A program made the translations under genes and the position numbers. From Octopus sinensis (Eukaryota), in assembly GCF_006345805.1 (NCBI RefSeq), contig NC_042997.1:41974001-42038000 (forward strand): DNA of 64,000 nt, given 5' to 3'. The notes beneath the pieces were generated by a model. That model did not search any database. It had not been told where the DNA came from and saw nothing but the letters and a program-made list of their open reading frames with translations. Below, one piece after another: positions 1 to 10,956 of the stretch (position 1 is its first letter; every line of letters begins with the position of its first letter).

Positions 1-445
1 ACATAGTCTCTCCTTTGTTACATATTGTAGAAATATAGTAAACAAGAGGGGACTCCAAATCATGCCCTGATGGTGGCTAAATTTGTTACTAAACATGCTA
101 CCAACTTTCACCTTGATGACAACATCTCTATGAATAGATTGCATGGCTCTCACAAGCCATTCATCTGTACCTGTTTTTCTTAACAGCCACCAGACTACTG
201 AGTTGGAACTCTGTCAAAGGTCTTCTCCAGGTGGATGAATGCTAGACAGAGTGGTATACTTTTAGCTAAGTGGTTCTCCCAGAGTTGTACCAAGAAAAGA
301 TTACTTGGCCTGGGACAATCCCAGACTGCAACTCAATTAAGCTAATTTTCTTTTGAACTAGTTGTCCTATAACTTTTTCAATGACTTTCATAACCTGGCC
401 TTTCAAGTTGAGCTTCTTCAGAGCAATCTTTGAAGACGTAGAAGT
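1..445 (-). mobile_element. Degenerate RTE-clade LINE reverse-transcriptase fragment
   Basis: Minus-strand translation across frameshifts gives ALKKLNLKGQVMKVIEKVIGQLVQKKISLIELQSGIVPG, then AFIHLEKTFDRVP and HQGMIWSPLLFTIFL. These match RTE RT motifs (QVMKVxERV, QFGFxPG, DLEKAFDRVP, HQGSxLSPLLF). Strongly CpG-depleted. Confidence 0.8.
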
Positions 446-737
446 TGATGTTGACACTTGTATGGTAAGTATTGTTTTCTGACAACACCCTGTAATTAAT
501 TAGTTATATGAGTAACTGATATTTTATCTACTTCACCATATATTTTCAGCCTTACATACGTGTGCATGTGTGTGCTTTTGTTAAGTAAAAAAAATTCTTC
601 CTTATTCAAAAACACACACATACACACAATGTTGATGCTGTAATTGGTGCAGCAGTTGAATTGTTGTTGTTTTGGTTTGACTTTCAGTTCAGCCCTGACA
701 GCACATACTCATGGTCAAACAAATTACAGCCTTATCC

Positions 738-1541
738 ACCAAATTTGGAGATGGTCTAACGAATGGACCTGTGTCTGAACGTGTCAAAGTACTGTCATCT
801 GCCTGTTGGCTCTCCTCCTGCAACTCAACTTGATTTCGAGCCGAGTCGTCTGCTGCTGGAGAGGACCAATCAGGTAAAGGACCTGGGTATCTTGGTGGAT
901 TCTTCCTTTTCGCCTTCGGCCCAGTGCGTCCATGCTGCCAAAAAAGCACGCGGAATTCTGTTCTTGATTCGACGGTCATTCGGAATGCTCACAGCAGCCA
1001 TATTCCTACCGCTCTATGTCACGCTGGTGAGACCCATATTGGAGTACGGGATTCAAGCCTCTTCTCCTTATCTCCTCAAAGACATACATAATCTCAAAGA
1101 GTCCAGAAGCTGGCTACCCGCATGGTTCATGGTCTCAAGAATTTGTCTTATGAAGAAAGGCTGAGGACGCTCGACCTTTATTCTCTAGAAAAACGCCGCC
1201 GCCGTAGTGATCTCATTCTCGCTCACAACATCATAAGCGGAAAGTGTAACCTCTCAAAAGAGCTGTTCTTCACTCCTGCTCCAGAGCGTCGGCTGTGGGG
1301 TCATTCCGAAAAGCTCTATCTGCGACGATTTCATCTCAATCGAAGGAGAGGGGCTTTCTCCGTCCAGGTTGCGGATCCGTGGAATAAGCTGCCAGACGAG
1401 ATAGTGAAGATGCCGACGACCGCCCGGTTCAAAGTCTCCCTTGACCTCAAGTGGCCTGAACTCTTCACATGAGCACCACCCTGTACATAACTCCATGTCC
1501 CCCTACATGCTTTTTGCTTTTTGAGCCCAAAAATTAACTAA
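738..1541 (+). mobile_element. 5'-truncated CR1-group LINE (ORF2 C-terminus and 3' UTR)
   Basis: ORFs 763-1164 and 1122-1472 give VKDLGILVDS, LYVTLVRPILEYG, LSYEERLRTLDLYSLEKRRRRSDLI and FSVQVADPWNKLP, separated by one frameshift. Flanked by a 7-bp direct repeat CTTATCC (731-737, 1542-1548). CpGs are intact. Confidence 0.9.
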
Positions 1542-2124
1542 CTTATCCGTTCATTTTATTTCCTTCAGAATATCTTGAAGTATAATCAAATCTTTACTTA
1601 CTTATTTTTAACAAGTAGTGAAGTGTTTTGAAGGTATTTGGTTGCCATTTCCAGCATTTTGAGTAATCACAAAGAGGCTCCCTGCTGCTGAGTTTGAAAG
1701 GATAAACTGCCAAATTAAACACCTGATTTTTCTTATGTACCCCACTTTTTTTGCTTGTTCAAATTGCATTGGGAGCTGTCTTGGCCAATTACCTCTTTCC
1801 AATGAAAAGAAAGTCTGTGTATTTCATTCAGTTGATGGTATCCCTTCCTCATAAATGACTGACATCAAAACACGAGAGGGAGACAGGCAGAGAGTTAATC
1901 AACAATGTCTCATTATAAAGTCTATTTTAATAGAGAAATTAACTTTAGTCTGAAAGCTTTACATCTGATAATTTGATCAACCTAGTTTAGAAGCCAGTTT
2001 CCAAATATTCGAAATAAATTGGAAGCTGTGGTCTTTGCTGGCTAAATCTTATTGCTGTTTAACCCTAGGACAATCCTGATTGAGCAATATTATGATTAAA
2101 GACATTCAAAATGTGAACATCTGT

Positions 2125-2320
2125 GTTTGCCCCCCACCATTGTTTGACATCTGATGTTGGTGTATTTATGTTCCCGAAATTTAGTAGTTCGGCAAAGAGA
2201 GACCGATAGAATAAGTACTGGGCTTACAAAGAATAAGTCCTGGGGTCGATTTCTTTGACTAAAATCATTTAAGGTGGTGCTTCAGCATGGCCACAGTCAA
2301 ATGACAGAAATGTATAAAAG
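2125..2320 (+). mobile_element. SINE family A, 3' half
   Basis: Matches the 3' half of the full copies at 56957 and 59308 (gttcggcaaa..gaccgatagaataagtactgggcttacaaagaataagtcc..cagcatggcc(a/g)cagtcaaatgac). Confidence 0.75.
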
Positions 2321-2827
2321 ATTAAATCCTTCTTTTATTCAGACATAATGTACTGACCAAGTCTTTTCTCTTTTAAACATTGTAGAGCATATGGTTTGAA
2401 GATTTGACTGCTATTTCTTGTAACTCAGCGACTATACAAAGGTTCTCTTGTCTGTAACAAGGGTTCGTCAATATAATGTTGTTTAACTTCAGATCATTTC
2501 TGATTGAGCAGACTTTTGGTGAAAGACATTCCAGCCTGACCATCCTGTCTTTCAATTTTTATTTTTTTTCATTTTTCTAGACACTTTAACCAAGAAACTC
2601 AAATACATTAATCAAGGTCATCATCCTTTTCCCTGCTCATATGAGTCAGAAGGAATTTGTTTCCAGACAGATTTCTCTATGGCCAGATGCCCACCATATC
2701 ACCAACTGTCACCTGTTTTCAAATGACCAAACATGTTTTCATGGAAGATTGGAAATAGAGGATACTGCTTGAGTGACAATGACACTTTTTTACAATGATC
2801 ATGTAATGTCAAGGCTAGGAAATAGTA

Positions 2828-2869
<42 letters not shown>

Positions 2870-3088
2870 TTTCTTATTTGCTTCAGTCATTTGACTGGCA
2901 ATGCTGGAGTACCACCTTAAGTGGTTTTAGCCAAAGAAACTAACGCCAGGACATTCTTTGTAAGCTTAATACTTATTCTATCGGTCTCTTTTGCTGAACT
3001 GCTAATGTTACAGGGACATAATACACCAACATTAGTTGTCAAGCGATGTGATTGGGTGTCAAACACAGACACATACACACACACACAG

Positions 3089-3155
<67 letters not shown>

Positions 3156-3263
3156 CCTGCTCGCTTAGCCAGTGGGGTGGCGTCATTCGAAGGCTAAAAC
3201 AATGCGAACGCATTGTGACCAGCGATGTGTAACAACATCTGATGGTCTGGTCAGTCACGTGAT

Positions 3264-3311
<48 letters not shown>

Positions 3312-3465
3312 CAGGCTTCTTTCAGTTTTTGTCTACCAAATCCACTCACAAGGCTTTGGTCGGCCCACTAGAAAACATTTGCTCAAGATGCTATGTAGTG
3401 GGATTGAACTGAGGACCATGTGGTTAAGAAGTAAACTTCTGGCCACACAATCACACCTACAGCTA
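2870..3465 (-). mobile_element. SINE family A, old copy split by (TA)n and a family-F tail
   Basis: The 3' half lies at 2870-3080 and the 5' half at 3310-3465, both reverse-complement to family A. The central microsatellite hosts the 3152-3270 insert. Confidence 0.75.
3152..3270 (+). mobile_element. 3' tail fragment of SINE family F, ending in (TCACGTGA)2
   Basis: Begins ttggcctgctcgcttagccagtggggtggc, which is homologous to the distal part of the family-F copy at 23575-23790. Flanked by (TA)n. Confidence 0.55.
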
Positions 3466-4099
3466 TATGTCCATCCATTTTCCTGAGATAGCACAGTGTA
3501 AATTAAGGAAGAGTTAGGTGTTATTTCTAGTATGGTGAGCAACCATACACCAGGTTCCATCTTTACTATTTCTTTAATTAGGTAATGGACTAAGTTAATC
3601 TTAAATTCTAATTTGAAGAGCACAAGTTGTTGAATTAAATATATGGTAAACAAAGCTGGAGGGGGGAAATGATTGAAAATAAATTGTGAAATGTTAATTA
3701 CATTAAGAAAAGATTAATTAAAATAAAAAAGTAAATCTCTTTCTCTTTCCATGTATATATATATGTGTGTGTGTGGTGCGCGTGAGAGAGAGAGAGAGAG
3801 AAAGAAAGAGAGAGGAACTGTGTGTGTACATGTGTGTGTATGCATAAAAAAAATCGAGTAATTAACCTCAATGATTTTTTTAAAAATAAAATCTACATAA
3901 TGACATATACACCAAATGATACATACATACATATGTATGTATGTATGTATAATACAGTTCTATATTTAAGAGATGTATGTGTGTGTGAACATGTGTAGGT
4001 GTATGTGTAAGTATGTGTGCAAACGTGTAGGTGCGTATGTGTGTGACGTACCTAGGTACATCTGTCTGTATTTGCATGTGAGCATGAATGCATGAGTGA

Positions 4100-4134
<35 letters not shown>

Positions 4135-4285
4135 GTGCAAAGCCAGCTCTATGAAACAACTCGAGCAGCTGCCTTGAATGAAAAGAAATGATATATTCTT
4201 TATCATTTAGACTCATATTTCTCGCTTGGCCTCTTTTATTTGATAATAGCACAATAGTCAATTCATTTTGTTACATTATACTCAC

Positions 4286-4436
4286 CCAGGTGATGGAAAT
4301 GTGTCTGGGTATTGTTGTGTCACCAGCACTAAAGTCAGTCTGACCAAGGATGTACATGACAGTGTAGATAGAAAAAGGAATAGTCTGGCTCAGTCCACAG
4401 AATTACATTCCATGACCGAAGACATCATTGACCATT
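4286..4436 (-). other. Candidate exon of an unidentified host gene (strand uncertain)
   Basis: Non-repetitive island. The minus strand has a pyrimidine tract plus AG near 4437 and a strong donor GG|GTGAGT (4285-4280). The plus strand has an open 114-codon frame (4268-4612). No recognisable homology. Confidence 0.2.
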
Positions 4437-4849
4437 CTTGTGAATCAGAAAAAAAAGAACAAACAAAAATGGAGTTCCAGAACCCTATCAAAATTTGTGA
4501 AAGACAAATTTCCCTAGTTAATAAGAACCATGCCAGATTGTCGTCTTTTACTGTGTCAATCATACATTATATTTCAATGATGTGGTTGTTTACTTTTAGA
4601 ATGACATTGTAGGGTAGGTGTGAGAGGCTGTTCATGGCCAGTTTGAACATGATATAGGTAGAAAACTGACTGAATCATCATCATCATCATCATTATTTAA
4701 ATGTCCACTTTTCCATGCTTACATGGATCAGACAAAATTTATTAAGGCAGACTTTCAATAGCCAGATGATTTTTTGTCATCGATCCTCTTCTGTTTCAAA
4801 GTAAGGTAATATTCACAAGGGTGAATGTTGGTTTCAAATTTTGGCGGAA

Positions 4850-5042
4850 GGCCAGCAATGTTGTGGAAGAGGTTAAGTTGATTACATCGACCCGTGTTCT
4901 ACTGATGCTTATTTTATTGACCCTGAAAACATGAAAGGCAAAGTTGACCTCAGTGGAATTTGAACACAGAACTTGAAGATGGACAAAATGCCACTAAACA
5001 TTTTGCCTAGCATGCTAATAATTCTACCAGCTCACCGCCTTA
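4850..5042 (-). mobile_element. SINE family D copy with nearly all CpGs converted to TpG/CpA
   Basis: Aligns to the family-D copies at 36525 and 51368. Bracketed by an imperfect direct repeat ACAAGGGT(G/A)AAT (about 4815 and 5045). Confidence 0.8.
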
Positions 5043-5127
5043 CAAACAAGGGTAAATATTACCTTGTTTGGATGCTTGGAATTTAATCACCCAAAAGTTC
5101 TTAAAATAATGAGATAAAATAACTTCA

Positions 5128-5295
5128 CTCTATCATCATTATTTAACGTCTGTTGTCCATGAGTTGGACAGTTTGACTGGAGTTGGTGAGCTGGAAGGCT
5201 GCACCAAGCTCCAGTCTGATTTGGCATGGTTCTCGATGGTTGGATGCCCTTCCTAATGCCAACCATCGATTGACTGAGTGAATTATCAGTAAGAG
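5128..5295 (-). mobile_element. SINE/retroposon family H ending in (GAT)n
   Basis: Reverse complement of the 7770-7947 copy (ggttggc(a/g)ttaggaagggcatcca..gacgttaaa..tgatgat). More degraded copies lie at about 2610-2830 and 4670-4800. Confidence 0.7.
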
Positions 5296-6643
5296 AGGAT
5301 CTTAAATAGCAAGTATAGTCTCTCATAAACACACAGCTATTTCAAATGAAGCAGTTTTCAAATGAAAAGAAATAGGAAGTTACTGTAGTGTATTGTTGCC
5401 ATACCATATTATTTAAAAAGTTTGTACTTTAACTCAAGCTACCAATACAAAATAGTGCAGTGGTGGTTGTTAATTAAGTAAATTGGTACAAAAGTGAAAG
5501 GATTTTTAATTTCATTTTTTAATGGTTAGACAAAGAAGGCTTGGAGACTGGTGGAGGAATGGGTGAATGCTTTCTACAGAGTGGACTCTGCTAAATGACA
5601 AAGTGGCAGAGGTTACTTGTAATGTTATCAGTTTGTAGTAGTCCCTAGCCATTGTTGTTTAAGTCTCACTATCTTTTATTTATCACCTGAGATCGATAAA
5701 TAAGTATCAGAAAGATGAGATTAACAACTCGGACATCACAAAAAGCAATTTCCTAAAGGATATACTAAGCTATACATCTGTTGAATTATATTTTATATAA
5801 AATTTCCTTTGAGCAAGAGAGAAAGGAAACGAAAAGCATCAGTAAGGAACTATGTGACAGCTAATCAAAATTACACAAATCAGTTCAGTTATCGACGTAA
5901 GGCTATGTGTTTCGGGGAAAGGCAGAGTCAATTAAACCAATTCTGGGACCGAAAACGTACATATTTTATTGGCACCTGAGAATAAAGAGTAAAATCAAAC
6001 CGAGTCGGATTTGAACCTAAAATCCAATCGGGATGTAAACTAGATAAAACAAGGTATTTTTTGTCCAACTGCTTATATTTTTAACCATTCAATGCCCGCT
6101 AGAAACACGCAATAGAAGGTAGTGGAAGAAGTAAAGGTAAAATGCATTTAGTTGCGGTAGCTGTATCAAGGGACGTAACTCTCGCCGCCCTTACTGGCAA
6201 GTTTTACGTTAACGAAATGATCAAAGCGGGAGAATTCATCAAACAAAAGGAGCAGTCCAGTTTTCCGTTACCGTTTAAAATTATACACATTGATCTTGAA
6301 TAAGATGCCAAACAAATAAACTAAATGTCGTAACAGGAACAAAAGGGTAATCTTTTCTCTTATTTGTTCTGCATTACCGTAGTTTTCTGAAATCCTGTTT
6401 CGTGTGTTTGGGTGTGCGTGTGTGCATAGATAATATTTCAATAAACATTTATTTAATAATTCTTCCTAATTTTCGCTCGAGGCCAGCAGTTTTGAGGGAA
6501 GGGGGCAAGTTAATTAAATCGATCCCCAGTACTTGACGGGTACTTTCTTTTATTAATCTCGAAAGGATTAAGAGTAAAGTATTTTTCTCTGTCAGCTCAC
6601 TGGCTTAATGATGATTATCATATTAATAATAATGATGATGATG

Positions 6644-6690
<47 letters not shown>

Positions 6691-6832
6691 CCTTCCTACT
6701 TAAAGTACAAGACCTACAGTCGAGGGAGAGAGTTAGTAAATTACACTGAACCTAGTGCTCAACTGGTACTTATTTTAGCGACCCTGAAAGGATGAAAAGC
6801 AAAGTCAGTCTCAGCGGAAATCACAATCATTT

Positions 6833-7705
6833 TTTTATTGGCCCCATGGGCTGAACGCAAAACAAAAATGGACTATACAAAACAAGGGACAAAAATACGT
6901 GAATACAATAGAAACAATAACAAATTAACAACAAAATCTAAACAATAAACATTCCCTCAAAGGTGGGTGGATTCCACCTAGGGCCAACCATAGAACCCTA
7001 CACATCCTAGCCACTCCGACCACCAAGAGCGCCCCAGGAAGGCACCTCTTTCTCTTCCTCAACCGCTCCAGCCTATAGCCATATGTTCAGAATAGGTTTA
7101 TCGCATAGGCCACATTCACCCACCTTTCAACTAAAATACTCGGAGTGGGGGGTAGCATGTCACTCTCCATCTTCACTTTTCTTTTCAAGTGGAACTTGAA
7201 AACGTTGATGAGGGCTTAGCCGAAAAGGAAAGTGTCCCTCCTCTTCAATTCCTTCAACCTCGTCCACCACACTATCTCCTTCGCCATTGCCACCAGACAT
7301 AGGAGAACTGATTTTCCTTCTTGGCTAAAAGGAAGACGGCGGGGCGATCTTCACGATGGATTCGGCTGATAACCAAATCCATTGTACACGCGTCAACAGC
7401 TGTTCGATAACGCTTCACGAATTAGATATGCCCTGACACTGGACGAGCACATGCAGAACAATTCATCGCCTTGCGCATACCTTGCACAAATCCGTTGGAG
7501 AACACTTCCGTATTCGTAGAGCATGTCTCAAACCGGCAGGCCTCCCCCCCCCCCCGGTAGCACTGTCAGACCAAGGATTCTGAGAATTATCCATAGGCCC
7601 CGGCTCGAAAGTCCCTCTGAAAAAGACCAGCGAATTGATCTCTCCCGACACTCAGAGTTTCCGAGAGGATGTCATCGCTCTTCTCTACCGTTGATCTACT
7701 ATTGA
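6833..7705 (-). mobile_element. 5'-truncated Tx1/L1-clade LINE (ORF2 C-terminus, zinc knuckle, 3' UTR, AATAAA plus A-tail)
   Basis: Minus translation gives FQRTFEPGPMDNSQ..QCYRG..LPV, then CKVCARR*IVLHVLVQC (C-x2-C-x7-H-x4-C) and LSAESIVKIAPPSSFSQEGKSVLLCLVAMAKEIVWWTRLK. It ends gggccaataaaaaaa. Confidence 0.85.
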
Positions 7706-7769
7706 ACTCCAATGTGGGACTTTCATGCACTGCGTTGTCCGACTGGCAGAGGGCTAACACTACTACTAC

Positions 7770-7947
7770 TAATAATAAAAGCACCCACTACACTCTCGAA
7801 GAGGTTGGCGTTAGGAAGAGCATCCAGCTGTAGAAACGCTGCCAGATCAGATTGGAGCCTGCTGCAGCCGCTGGTTCCCCAGACCTCAGTCAAACTCGTC
7901 CAACCCATGTCAGCATTGAAAACGGACGTTAAACGATGATGATGAAT
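7770..7947 (+). mobile_element. SINE/retroposon family H 3' part
   Basis: ggttggcgttaggaagagcatccagctgtagaaac..gtccaacccatgtcagcattgaaaacggacgttaaacgatgatgatga. A related copy lies at 30480-30600 (+). Confidence 0.75.
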
Positions 7948-8434
7948 GTGTGTGTGTATGTATTAATATATGTATGTGTGTCTATTCACACACATGCAAA
8001 TCGCTGTCGAGAGCTAACGAAAGGAGTGTTACGCAGCTCAAGTTGCACACAGCAAACACACACACACATTACGTAACCGTTTAACTTACCACCCCTATCT
8101 TATTTTCATTATTATTTTGTATTCTATTTATTTCTTGTTTATTTTTATTCTCACATCAAAAATACTTTAAATTAGTATGTCAAAAAACCCCCCAAAAAAC
8201 ACCTCCGCTGTAGCAGCTGTTAATTTTTTTTTCTGACATATCTTTTGAGACACCAATTAACTGTTCGTGTTCTTCACTCGTATAACCAAACCATGCCTCA
8301 TATTTCCCTACTGGCACATTCATGCATCACTTGATTCTTCTCTCTTTTTCTAATTCACTTGGAGGCTAATTTATAAATAAGTTACACACACACACACACT
8401 GTACGTGTACCAGTGCGTGTGTGCGACCGTGCAT

Positions 8435-8590
8435 GCAGCCGTGTGGCCTAGTGGTTAGAGTGTATGGCTCACGATCATAAGGTAGAGTTTCCATTCCTGA
8501 ACTGGGCAACGCGTTGTTCTTGAGCAAGGATCTTCATTTCGCGTTCCTTCAGTCTACTCAGCTGGAATTAATATTAACCGAGTGCTGACT
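8435..8590 (+). mobile_element. Degenerate SINE of family C/F type (tRNA-like head plus central box)
   Basis: gtgtggcctagtggttagagtg..cgcgttgttcttgagcaagg..cagtctactcagctgg aligns with the head of the 58057-58385 copy. Confidence 0.55.
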
Positions 8591-8993
8591 ACAACTTTCT
8601 CTCCTTCCAGCTATCACATTCCATCTCTCTCTCTCTGTCAACTAACATGCACAAACACTAAGTAAAGGGTGGCAGCGCTATGGTTATGCTGGCTTCAACT
8701 ACACAGACACCTACAAGAATTAGCGAATGCAAAGTACATGTTACCGCGTAACACTCGTTTGCCAGTGACAGCTGTTATATAAGTAGAATTATGAACGAAA
8801 TAAGAAAATAAGGAAAGCAGAAAATTTTTTAAACTTTTACATTTCGGGTGCAAATTCAGAAGAATACACTAAAAATACACTATTCAGAAGAATACACTAA
8901 AAAAAAAATGTACATTTAGGGAGCTATTTCTCTAGCACTAGCATCGGATTATCCAAAATGGCAGGATCTATGTCCAAACATTTCTTTGACAAT

Positions 8994-9031
8994 TCTTCTG
9001 AAGATAGGCCTTTGTGCCCGAAATATAAAGG
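8994..9031 (+). ncRNA. Minimal type-I hammerhead ribozyme motif (PLE type), possibly inactive
   Basis: TCTT-CTGAAGA-T-AGGC-ctttgt-GCCC-GAA-ATAT-A-AAGG. The core is canonical CUGANGA/GAAA, stem I is TCTT/AAGG, stem III is the palindrome ATAT and the cleavage triplet is AUA. The closing pair of stem II is an A-C mismatch. Confidence 0.5.
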
Positions 9032-9699
9032 TTTTTGAACTTTCTGTATCGTTAGATTTCCTTATTTCTCATTTCATTCGTTATCCTGCTTCTGTACTAC
9101 ATTGCTTCAAGCGAGTGACAACGCTTTTCACACACATACACACACGTGTGTGTGTGTAGACACGCCTCTGCGTTTCTCAGTAGATGCACTTGTTAAACCC
9201 CCGCCGCGAAAAATAGATACTATGGTTAAAGCACATATTTTTTTTCTTTCTGCTATGAGAAAAAGGAATTCAACTTGACTTAATTTGAAGTTTCTTTTTA
9301 CCGCTTCAAATGTCAGTTACTAACTTTTCGACAACAGAAGGAGAATATTAAGCTTGTAGCTTTTTATGCAAGATAAGTAATTAACTATTCGCAACGTACT
9401 AATAATAGTTCCTATTGGCGGGAAAATTGATATAGCACGCTTCCATAAGCGCGGGAACGCGGGGTGCAGTGGGTGCAAGTGTATCCTCTAAAATTTTGTG
9501 GGTGTAATAAAAACGCTTTGAATATCCTGTGTTGGACCTGGCTTTGCACTCCTTAAGCAAATTTCGTTCCCGCATTATGCAGGCATCCCATGTCAACGAA
9601 GTTTTCGTTGTCATAAAGCTAACCATGACCAACAAATTAACTTACATGTAACTTTGTTTTTTACTTCATCAATAGTCATTCGTTTGTTCAACGGAATGT

Positions 9700-10490
9700 T
9701 TTACTATGAAACAAATCATCTCCCACAAACCTACCCCTTCAGCTGAGACTGGAGGTTCGCTGGATGAAACTGGATGTTACATCCTCTATTCAGTGGGCAA
9801 GTATAGTCATTGAATAGGCAAAAGTCAAGTCTACAAGTTTTAGTGAGAACACAGGCTAAAACGATATATTAGATTCAAAGAAGATTCCCCAACTATACCG
9901 CCTCATTAAGGGACATTGAAAAACAGAATGCGATAAAACTTGCAAATTACATCTGGCAATTAAAAGAAAATGGTACTGACTTTGGATGCTCACTCTCAGC
10001 ATACACGAAAGAAAATTCATACTCAGGCACTAGACACCACGCCCATAGGCTTCCATCTTTCTCTTGTATGGTGCTTATTTTTTTTATAAATTATTGTATT
10101 TTATGTCTTCCCTAAATGTACTTCCTACCCAAATATCCAATTCTCCAGCCCTCTTCCGAACTTTCTCCTTTCCACCCCCGCTCTCTCTCAAATACCTTTC
10201 CGCCTTTATAATACTTAAAGTTTTACATCTACATGGATAAGCATATGTCAGTGTGCGTGTGCGTGTGCGCGCACGTATATCTAAACGTAAGGTAGCAAAG
10301 GAGATAACTCATCTGTATAAACTCTAATCCTAAACCTTAACCAGGTTTTCTGACCCTTTCAATACAAAACAGACACACATAAGCCACAGCGGGTGTTTGA
10401 ATGTTATCGCGGACGACGGATAACACGAAGGTTCGGACCCTTGTGTAGATAGTTACTGCTCATCCATCCAGGAAATTAAATATATTTATA
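9700..10490 (+). mobile_element. Penelope-like element remnant (GIY-YIG endonuclease C-terminal part plus 3' UTR)
   Basis: 9882-9990 translates as RFPNYTASLRDIEKQNAIKLANYIWQLKENGTDF, which resembles the PLE endonuclease motif RYxNHxxSF..LSxYIWxLKE. It is followed by a UTR-like tract, with a further decayed hammerhead-like stretch near 10405-10440. Confidence 0.6.
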
Positions 10491-10566
10491 AACCTACAAT
10501 GTGTGTATGTATATGTGTGTGTGAGAGAGAGAATACACACACACACACATATATATATATTTATAT

Positions 10567-10956
10567 ACTCTTACTCTTTTACTTGTTTCAGTCATTTGAC
10601 TGCGGCCATGCTGGAGCACCGCCTTTAATCGAGCAACTCGACCCCGGGACTTATTCTTTTGTAAGCCCAGTACTTATTCTATCAGTCTCTTTTGCCGAAC
10701 CGCTAAGTAACGGGGACATAAACACACCAGCATCGGTTGTCAAGCAATGCTAGGGGGACAAACACAGACACAAACATGCATATATATATATATACATATA
10801 TACGACGGGCTTCTTTCAGTTTCCGTCTACCAAATCCACAAGGCTTTGGTCGGCCTGAGGCTATAGAAGACACCTGCCCAAGGTGCCACGCAGTGGGACT
10901 GAACCCGGAACCATGTGGTTGTAGACAAGCTACTTACCACACAGCCACTCCTGCGC
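10567..10956 (-). mobile_element. SINE family A, full length (about 390 bp)
   Basis: tRNA-like head gcaggagtggctgtgtggtaag..ggttccgggttcagtccc, CORE-like ccttgggcaagtgtctt box, internal (TA/TG)n and (AAAGAGT)n tail. Probably one of the published octopus OK/OR SINE families, but no exact assignment is made. Confidence 0.95.

Noticed and set aside
362-464. Plus-strand exon candidate (ctAG| ... ATG|GTAAGT)
   Set aside because: The opposite strand encodes clear RTE reverse-transcriptase motifs, which explains the sequence.
6130-6303. Short plus ORF MHLVAVAVSRDV..IKAGEFIKQ.. vaguely like a DHHA1 domain
   Set aside because: Only 53 codons, spacing does not fit and the GGG motif is missing. The region is better treated as a possible promoter island.
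9399-9635. Minus ORF with WDACIM, reminiscent of the Helitron/PIF1 helicase WDECTM motif
   Set aside because: Only one short motif matches and the neighbouring helicase motifs are absent.
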